A stretch of DNA of 32,093 bases from a virus (lineage: Duplodnaviria > Caudoviricetes), in the IMG/VR virus record IMGVR_UViG_3300012347_000179, positions 1 through 32,093 of that record. One strand, 5' to 3'. Made by a program: the position numbers and the translations under genes. Of this stretch, positions 26,275-32,093 are shown piece by piece. Below the pieces are notes generated by a model. It saw only the letters and a program-made list of their open reading frames with translations, was not told the origin of the DNA and did no database searches. Each line of letters opens with the position of its first letter. Within the stretch, counting starts at the first letter, position 1.

Positions 26275-27110
26275 TATAAAAACTCTTGTATTTCTTTAGG
26301 CAACCAATCGTTATCATCTACATTAAATTTAATTTCTTTAAATGGCTGGTTACGTGAATATTCGCATTTAACTACTGTTACATCATCATCATCTTTTTCT
26401 ACAAATACTACAGTTTCAGCTTTTTTTAATACGCTACTCCCAACGTGTCCTACAGGTTTAGAAGTACCAAAATTTTTATGTAGTATTCCTGTACAGTGCA
26501 TTTTACCCTTTGCAGTCCAATTAAGTAACTTTTCTGTTAAACCTGTACTTTGTTCTAAACTATTAAAATCGGTTACTAAATCTACAAAGCCATCTATTGA
26601 CATTAAACCAATATTATTTTTAAATTCGCTTTCAAATACTACCCAGTCAATAAAATCAAAACGTTCTTTAGGCGTATAACTACGTAACCCAAATGTTTTA
26701 TAATAATCACAATTACCACCGATTAACTCTAATACTCTACGCTGTACTCTTTGTGCGTGAAAGTGAGATTGTTCTGTATCAAATGAAAGTACGAATTTTT
26801 TTTCGTTGTTATGCCCTTTAATACTTGGGTTATAAATGTTTGATTTACCACCAATGTAAGCTGCTTCAATCATTGACTTAAAAAATGTTTTTCTACTTTT
26901 AGAAGCACCTACTATGCAACTGAAATCACCATACGAACCAAAAGGTATTGGGTAACTATTTCCTTTATAATTACTTTCTCCGATGCTTAATGCAATAGGT
27001 TGCTGTTTTATTTCTTCTGCAGGGTCAATTAAACTATCTTTAAATATTTGTTTAAAGTCTAAAATTGGTTCTGCATTATTAGTTAAATCTTCAAAATTAA
27101 AATCATTCAT
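26274..27110 (-). CDS. P-loop NTPase, RecA/AAA_25-type helicase
   Basis: GASKSRKT, FDTEQS, IDGFVD, LH and GHVGS motifs. Confidence 0.8.
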   Translation of the reverse strand: MNDFNFEDLTNNAEPILDFKQIFKDSLIDPAEEIKQQPIALSIGESNYKGNSYPIPFGSYGDFSCIVGASKSRKTFFKSMIEAAYIGGKSNIYNPSIKGHNNEKKFVLSFDTEQSHFHAQRVQRRVLELIGGNCDYYKTFGLRSYTPKERFDFIDWVVFESEFKNNIGLMSIDGFVDLVTDFNSLEQSTGLTEKLLNWTAKGKMHCTGILHKNFGTSKPVGHVGSSVLKKAETVVFVEKDDDDVTVVKCEYSRNQPFKEIKFNVDDNDWLPKEIQEFL

Positions 27111-27612
27111 AATAGTTTATATCTTTTAATAATTCGTTTGCAGTTTTTACAAAACTTTTTTCTACTAATTCAAAATCCCAATTCTTTTTTAATTGTTCTA
27201 TAATTTCTTTTTGGTTTTCTGAAATTATATTTTTATCGTTTTGCTTTTGCTCATCTGTTAATAAATTTGGGTTTGAAGTATTAACACCTATTGAGTTAAA
27301 ATAATTTGTTAGTTCTGTATTGTTTAAATTTTTTTGTAAATATATTAAGTTGTAATTTAATGACAAAGATAAATCTGATTTAATTTTCTTTATTGCTTCC
27401 TCAATACTTCCGTAATACATTAAATTCTGATTTAACTGTATTGCTAATAATTTAGCATATAATAAATTTTGAGTTACAAATTGTTTGTTTTTATTTTCTA
27501 ACGCTGTATTTAATAATTTTAATGCTTCTATATCTTCGCTATAGATATTGTTTTTATTTCGTTTAAATACGTTGTAAATGCGTTTAAATGCGTTTTGTTC
27601 AGTCCAACTCAT
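27103..27612 (-). CDS. Hypothetical protein (replication module)
   Basis: Lies between the initiator and the helicase. Confidence 0.7.
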   Translation of the reverse strand: MSWTEQNAFKRIYNVFKRNKNNIYSEDIEALKLLNTALENKNKQFVTQNLLYAKLLAIQLNQNLMYYGSIEEAIKKIKSDLSLSLNYNLIYLQKNLNNTELTNYFNSIGVNTSNPNLLTDEQKQNDKNIISENQKEIIEQLKKNWDFELVEKSFVKTANELLKDINYYE

Positions 27613-28235
27613 AACCTATCTTGTTTAATTTGTTGTTTAGGTGCAAAAGTCTTATCATTTCTTACCCAAGTTGCTAACCTGCGTTCAATATCAAAAGTTT
27701 TTTGTAATTCAAAAAGCATTTTAGTTTTAGATAAATTAGGTTCAGTCCAATATTGAAAAAAGTTTTTAAGTAAATCCATTTCGTATTTGTTTTTAAATGG
27801 TACTAATTTTTCTTTAAAAGCGAGTGTGCGAATTTCTAAATTCGCTTTACTATCTTTATTTATTACATTTACATTAACACTATCATTTACACTAACACTT
27901 ACAGTTGAATTTGTTGAAGTTTGTTGAACAAAATCAACATTTGTTGAATTTGTTAAAGTTTGTTCTTTTAATTTTGCTAATCTTCTTGCTTCTGCAGATG
28001 CTTTACCTGCTGCTGAACGACCTTCTTTAGTTTGTTCCCACTTCTTTAAATCACGTTTTAATTGTAATTTAATCATTTCAAAAACTATAGCAATAGAATT
28101 ATCAATTACAGGATTTTCATCGTTTACATAAGAAAATAATGTTTTTAAAAGTATACCAGCTTGTTCATTAGTCATTAAATCAATAATAGATTTACTATCA
28201 GAATACAATACAAATGAAGTTTTATCTTTAGCCAT
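27609..28235 (-). CDS. Replication initiator-like protein (DUF6291-like N-terminus)
   Basis: KTSFVLY...EQAGILLK, GRSAAGKAS, low-complexity linker, FFQYWTE...ERRLATW. Confidence 0.75.
   Translation of the reverse strand: MAKDKTSFVLYSDSKSIIDLMTNEQAGILLKTLFSYVNDENPVIDNSIAIVFEMIKLQLKRDLKKWEQTKEGRSAAGKASAEARRLAKLKEQTLTNSTNVDFVQQTSTNSTVSVSVNDSVNVNVINKDSKANLEIRTLAFKEKLVPFKNKYEMDLLKNFFQYWTEPNLSKTKMLFELQKTFDIERRLATWVRNDKTFAPKQQIKQDRL
27904..27957. repeat. Iteron-like TTTGTTGAA repeats, putative replication origin
   Basis: Copies at 27910, 27920, 27940 and 27949 (variant), plus inverted partial copies. Confidence 0.6.
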
Positions 28236-28434
28236 TATTTACCTCACTTTCTAAATAACCAATTTGTTTTTTTAATTCACGTACTAATCTAACTGAAGTA
28301 GATTTATCTAAACAAATTAAATTTTCTTTCATATCAATAACTATTTCATTATAAATATTAATAAAAACTTCTAATTCATTTTGGTCTGTTTTACTTCTTT
28401 CGGTTCCTTGAAAAATTAATTTTACGTTTGCCAT
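28228..28434 (-). CDS. Hypothetical protein
   Basis: First ORF after the structured leader. Confidence 0.7.
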   Translation of the reverse strand: MANVKLIFQGTERSKTDQNELEVFINIYNEIVIDMKENLICLDKSTSVRLVRELKKQIGYLESEVNNG

Positions 28435-28473
28435 AACTATAAAGGTTTAAAGATTACCTATAACTATTAAATT

Positions 28474-28570
28474 AAAAAACCCTATTAAGTCAGCAGTATT
28501 GTGAGAAGTGCTTTCCTAATAGGATTTTGTATAATTTTTTCGATAAATTTGCAATGCTTCTCACTTCATT
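28474..28570 (-). ncRNA. Structured leader/attenuator candidate
   Basis: 5' GTGAGAAG is complementary to CTTCTCAC lying in the loop of a CCTATTAG/TTAATAGG stem followed by T6. Confidence 0.55.
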
Positions 28571-28596
28571 ACTTTGCAAGTATAATATTTTAATTT

Positions 28597-28624
28597 AAAC
28601 CTGCAAAATTAATTACAGGTTTTT
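28597..28624 (-). terminator. Hairpin terminator after the DUF3127 gene
   Basis: AAACCTGTAA...TTGCAGGTTT on the minus strand. Confidence 0.65.
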
Positions 28625-28634
28625 ATTAACAATT

Positions 28635-28976
28635 TTAAAAAGGCAATCCGTCTGCAGCTTGTTGTAATACGCTTGGTGTTTCAACTGCTGTATTAGTTAA
28701 ACTTGGTGCATCTTCTTTATCTATTCTCCAACCATTTAAACTACAATACCATTTACCATTATAAGAATTACCACGTATGTTAATTCCTACCTTTACAGAT
28801 TGCCCTAATGCGTATTTATCTAATATATCGCATTTGTCTTGTACAAAATCAATAGGCACTTCTTGAGGATATTGCTCATTGGTTTTAACTACTAATAATC
28901 TTTTTTTGAAAGTTCCTGCACTTCCTACTGTTTCTGTATTTCCAATATGGATAATACTTCCAATTACTTCACTCAT
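28635..28976 (-). CDS. DUF3127-family OB-fold protein (putative SSB)
   Basis: EQYPQ...FVQDK...NIRG...GWRI and a C-terminal DGLPF tail. Confidence 0.82.
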   Translation of the reverse strand: MSEVIGSIIHIGNTETVGSAGTFKKRLLVVKTNEQYPQEVPIDFVQDKCDILDKYALGQSVKVGINIRGNSYNGKWYCSLNGWRIDKEDAPSLTNTAVETPSVLQQAADGLPF

Positions 28977-28991
28977 TTTTATTTAATTTAA

Positions 28992-29522
28992 TTATTTACT
29001 AATTGTTCCAAATTGAAACCTAACTTTATTATTTTGGTCTTTACAACCAAGATACGATAATTTACCTAAACTATCAAATTGATTAAACCAAACCCACTTT
29101 TTTAATTGAAAATTAAATGTAGCAAAAGCTCTATCGTTTTTAATTTCAAATTCATTCTGTTCAAGTTTTATTTGAATAATTGGATAATCATATAATTCTC
29201 TACCAATACCTAAATTAAAACAAGCACGTTTAAACGCATCACTTGCTTCGCCTTTTTCTTTTTCTGTATTACTTTCAGTTCCTACATCTTGTTTCCAAAC
29301 CCATTGATTAAGTTTTTCTGAATAAATACCAACTGAACAAAATAAATTATTGTTTATAACTTCATATTTCTTTTGCCAACCCTCAACACCATAAACAGCA
29401 TCTAATCTATTCATATCTACTCTGGCATCTTTGTAAGGTAATATAGTAGCATAACCGCCTTTATTAATTGATTGTACTCTAAAATCAATATCTTTAATTT
29501 CTAATGGTGTATTTAATAACAT
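28992..29522 (-). CDS. Rad52/Sak-like single-strand annealing protein
   Basis: YKDARVDMNRLD...KQDVG...KGEASDAFKRACFNLGIGRELY. Confidence 0.85.
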   Translation of the reverse strand: MLLNTPLEIKDIDFRVQSINKGGYATILPYKDARVDMNRLDAVYGVEGWQKKYEVINNNLFCSVGIYSEKLNQWVWKQDVGTESNTEKEKGEASDAFKRACFNLGIGRELYDYPIIQIKLEQNEFEIKNDRAFATFNFQLKKWVWFNQFDSLGKLSYLGCKDQNNKVRFQFGTISK

Positions 29523-29525
29523 AAT

Positions 29526-29966
29526 TTAGTATTTTACTGTTAAACTATCTGAAGCATATTTTACGCTTACTTTTGGTACATCATTTCCATAAGCATCAAT
29601 TACATCTTGTTTTAACGCAAGTTTTAATAATTCTTCACGTTGTTTTAATTCCTCATTTAGTTTTATCCAAATCTCATCTTCTGAAAATTGTATCATTATT
29701 CTGCCGTTAGTAGGGCTAAATTCACAGCCCATTTCAGTAACTTTAATGTCTTTTACTGAATCTTTTAAAATAGTTACAGCATTGCTTACAACATCGTTTA
29801 AACGCACCAAATTAGCTAAAGCCGTATGCTTTGAAACATTACCACTATCAATAATGTTTTTAGCTAAATTTTGCCCAGTTGAAACAGCTTCTTTTTTACT
29901 AAAGTTAGCAGGATATAAACTTGCTACTTCTTGTTCTCTTAATTCTAAAAATTGATTTTTGCTCAT
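29526..29966 (-). CDS. Hypothetical protein (recombination operon)
   Basis: First gene after an early promoter. Confidence 0.75.
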   Translation of the reverse strand: MSKNQFLELREQEVASLYPANFSKKEAVSTGQNLAKNIIDSGNVSKHTALANLVRLNDVVSNAVTILKDSVKDIKVTEMGCEFSPTNGRIMIQFSEDEIWIKLNEELKQREELLKLALKQDVIDAYGNDVPKVSVKYASDSLTVKY

Positions 29967-29994
29967 AATATTTTTGTTTTAATTATTAATACTG

Positions 29995-30036
29995 CAAATG
30001 TAAATATAATTTATTTAATAAAAAAATGTTTTACTA
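29995..30036 (-). promoter_or_regulatory. Early promoter (TACATTTG) with imperfect operator 30016-30036
   Basis: TAATAAAAAA-A-TGTTTTACTA. Confidence 0.7.
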
Positions 30037-30038
30037 TT

Positions 30039-30302
30039 TTATTCGATAATTCTTTGATAATTTTTTCTTATAATAGTATCTATTGGATACGCTAATTGGT
30101 TTAAATAAGTTGATTTACTTACTTCTTTACTTTCAAATACTGCATCTATCATTGGCTCAAGTGCATTTTCAAACGCTTTGCCTTTATCTATAATTTCTTT
30201 TGCAAGTACGCTGTTTGCACCTATATCGTTTAATTCCGAAATTAACATATAAGATAATACTGCTATTTTGTGTGATGAAATATTGTGTTTTTTATTGTTC
30301 AT
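30039..30302 (-). CDS. Hypothetical protein
   Basis: ORF track. Confidence 0.7.
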   Translation of the reverse strand: MNNKKHNISSHKIAVLSYMLISELNDIGANSVLAKEIIDKGKAFENALEPMIDAVFESKEVSKSTYLNQLAYPIDTIIRKNYQRIIE

Positions 30303-30313
30303 AATATTAAATT

Positions 30314-30555
30314 TTATATCATATATTTTATTAATATTTTTAAATTATCTAATAAAATATTATATATTCTAATGTCATTATAGCTATTTGCATAAAGTAC
30401 ATCCATTTGTTTTTTATTAGCACATTTTGTATTTAATTCTTTTTCAGAAGATTTTAATACTTTTTTTTTTGCTGTAAAATAGACTTACTTAAATTACCAA
30501 ATAATTCTATAATTTCATCTTGAGTGGCGTTTTTACAAAATTGTTCTGTTTTCAT
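30314..30555 (-). pseudogene. ~80-codon gene split by a frameshift at an A10 run (slippage-decoded, pseudogene or assembly error)
   Basis: Frame 0 stops after 33 codons; the -1 frame stays open to TAA at 30314. Confidence 0.6.
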
Positions 30556-30559
30556 AATC

Positions 30560-30772
30560 TTAAATTTTAGTTATCATATCAGATTCCACTAACATTATAT
30601 TATCTTTAAGCAATCCTTTTTCTTTTAAAATATTCGCTAATTTAATAGCAAAGTTTAAATTGTATTGCTTACGTTTTTGGTAAGATATTAATTGGCTACT
30701 AATTCCTGTTAGTTTGCTTAAACGATAAGCGGTTAAATCTGTTTGTTTTAGTAATTGATTGAGTGCGTTCAT
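30560..30772 (-). CDS. Cro/XRE-like HTH regulator
   Basis: LTAYRLSKLTGISSQLIS...AIKLA. Confidence 0.75.
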   Translation of the reverse strand: MNALNQLLKQTDLTAYRLSKLTGISSQLISYQKRKQYNLNFAIKLANILKEKGLLKDNIMLVESDMITKI

Positions 30773-30972
30773 AGTTTTCTTTCTTTTTTAAATATTTCTA
30801 ATAGTTCTTTCATTGTGTATTGGTCTGCGTTTTTTAAAAATGTTGTTAATCTCCACTCTGCAAAATCAATAGCGTAATCATCTGCTATTTTTTCGCATTC
30901 TTCTGCGTTATAATTTTTTCTTTCATAAATCTTTTGTTCTGTAAATTGTTTAAATTGTTCTTTTAGTGTCAT
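30769..30972 (-). CDS. Small early protein
   Basis: ATGA-coupled ORF; DDYAIDFAEW...KELLEIFKKE. Confidence 0.75.
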   Translation of the reverse strand: MTLKEQFKQFTEQKIYERKNYNAEECEKIADDYAIDFAEWRLTTFLKNADQYTMKELLEIFKKERKL

Positions 30973-30974
30973 AG

Positions 30975-31190
30975 TTATAGTTTTAAAATTTCTTGTTTAA
31001 CTTCTTGCCAATAGCTTTTATTTACTTCTCCTTTGAAAATATTTGTTTCCACTTCAATAGCTAAATCAACTGCTATTAATGCACATTGTTTGGCATCTTC
31101 AGGGACTGGTAAAATGTAACAAAAATTTAATCTGTCTCTACATCTTAAATATTTATTTACTAATCTTGTTGCGCTTTCTTCTGGTGTCAT
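30975..31190 (-). CDS. Small protein, AKxCALI family
   Basis: AKQCALIAVDLAI...YWQEVKQEI. Confidence 0.8.
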   Translation of the reverse strand: MTPEESATRLVNKYLRCRDRLNFCYILPVPEDAKQCALIAVDLAIEVETNIFKGEVNKSYWQEVKQEILKL

Positions 31191-31396
31191 TTTATTTGTT
31201 TTTTAAGTTGTTCAATAGTTGTTTCTAATTCTCTATTCTGCTTTTCTAATTTTGTTAAATAATCTTCTATTTTAATAAAAGCAACACCTAATTCTGTTTG
31301 TGCCATTACTTCAAAATCTACTGCATCGGAATGATAAAGCTCGTTGATTTCAATACCTAATTCTTCTAAATCTGTTCTAAATAAATTATTTGTCAT
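31187..31396 (-). CDS. Small coiled-coil early protein
   Basis: Start moved to the internal ATG (MTNNLF) to limit overlap with the upstream gene. Confidence 0.65.
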   Translation of the reverse strand: MTNNLFRTDLEELGIEINELYHSDAVDFEVMAQTELGVAFIKIEDYLTKLEKQNRELETTIEQLKKQIK

Positions 31397-31613
31397 TTTT
31401 TTTATATTTTTCGTTATACCAATATTCAAACTCATCATCTTCCCAACCACCAATATAAGGGCAGCTTGCACTTCTCATCTGTTGCTTTTCCATTTCTTTG
31501 GCTTGTTGGATTATACCAACTAAAACTTGAGGAATTGTTTTATCATTAATTATAAGTCCTTTAAACTTTAAATAATCTTCTATAAATTCAACCGCTGTTA
31601 AATTACTTTCCAT
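31386..31613 (-). CDS. Small protein, TAVE...QAKEMEKQQ family
   Basis: Paralogous to 23413..23676. Confidence 0.8.
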   Translation of the reverse strand: MESNLTAVEFIEDYLKFKGLIINDKTIPQVLVGIIQQAKEMEKQQMRSASCPYIGGWEDDEFEYWYNEKYKKNDK

Positions 31614-31812
31614 AAAATAAATTGTCTAAATGGTTAATAAAATTAAATTCTTTTATTTCTAATGATTCAAATAAGTGAATCATTTCGTAAACTTTTAAAT
31701 CAGTCCACGCTACTTTATTTTTTAACGTTTGAATTAAAAAATAATGTTTTTCTGTTTTACCATCTAACTTACTTCTGTTAGCAGGTGATAATTTTTGATA
31801 AAGTGTTTTCAT
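31603..31812 (-). CDS. Small early protein
   Basis: ORF track; tight packing. Confidence 0.7.
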   Translation of the reverse strand: MKTLYQKLSPANRSKLDGKTEKHYFLIQTLKNKVAWTDLKVYEMIHLFESLEIKEFNFINHLDNLFYGK

Positions 31813-31815
31813 AGT

Positions 31816-32093
31816 CTATTTATTTAAAAAAGTTAAATAAGCCTTATACGCTTCATATACTGCTTGTATTTGTTTAAAATCTTCTGTGTTACGTTCTGTT
31901 GAGTAAACTTCATCGCTTTCAAAGAAACTATCCCAATCTTCAATAGTTTTACTTTTGCAACCTATTTGTATTTTATCGTCAATAATTGAGTTACTCCACT
32001 TACAAAAAATAGGTAAATAAGCATTTTCTTTATTTTCAGCTGAACGCAAGTTGGCTGAACTCAAGTCGGCTGAACTCAAGTCGGCTGAACTCA
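31816..32093 (-). CDS. Pentapeptide-repeat protein, C-terminal part
   Basis: [18 protein letters not shown] followed by an IQIGCKSKTIEDW domain; open to the window end. Confidence 0.88.
   Translation of the reverse strand, partial: SSADLSSADLSSANLRSAENKENAYLPIFCKWSNSIIDDKIQIGCKSKTIEDWDSFFESDEVYSTERNTEDFKQIQAVYEAYKAYLTFLNK
32039..32093. repeat. Same 15-nt tandem repeat as 1-150, about 3.6 copies
   Basis: Directly visible. Confidence 0.95.

Noticed and set aside
28474-28570. tRNA gene
   Set aside because: No cloverleaf or TTC T-loop arrangement; kept as a leader RNA candidate instead.
31397-31471. N-terminal extension of ORF 31187..31471
   Set aside because: It overlaps the upstream gene by 86 nt from a GTG start; the ATG at 31396 with an A-rich leader is more plausible.
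22975-31613. Diversity-generating retroelement (TR/VR pairs)
   Set aside because: No reverse transcriptase; the shared blocks are only 20-35 nt, both copies are coding, and there are too few mismatches to show adenine-specific mutagenesis.
1-32093. Stop-codon reassignment
   Set aside because: The standard code gives dense, intact, tightly coupled genes; TAG and TGA act as stops.
30039-32093. Lysogeny module
   Set aside because: No integrase, ParA or peptidase-bearing CI-like repressor recognised; only a 70-aa HTH. Lifestyle remains undetermined.

Overview
An AT-rich, probably near-complete ~32 kb tailed (siphovirus-like) phage genome. The host is probably Bacteroidota/Flavobacteriaceae, inferred from TAnnTTTG promoters and A-rich leaders without Shine-Dalgarno sites. 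Both ends fall inside one 15-nt repeat encoding a pentapeptide-repeat protein, so the molecule is probably circular and broken there. Almost all genes are on the minus strand, in this order: small early genes; recombination/replication (Sak/Rad52-like, DUF3127, initiator, P-loop helicase, NinB, methyltransferase, NinG); a sigma-like factor; terminase; tail; head; portal; fibre; lysis. No integrase, DNA polymerase, reverse transcriptase, tRNA or CRISPR array was seen. The most notable signals are non-coding: (1) a candidate ~62-nt sRNA at 2620-2682 complementary to the start-codon regions of early genes; (2) a 21-bp palindromic operator at three early promoters; (3) a fixed-spacing ACAA-N14-TGTTTT late-promoter motif in five copies; (4) a switch-like leader RNA upstream of the replication genes; (5) mosaic small genes joined by a repeated junction sequence; and (6) two -1 frameshift sites. 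All product calls come from motif recognition by eye, with no database searches.
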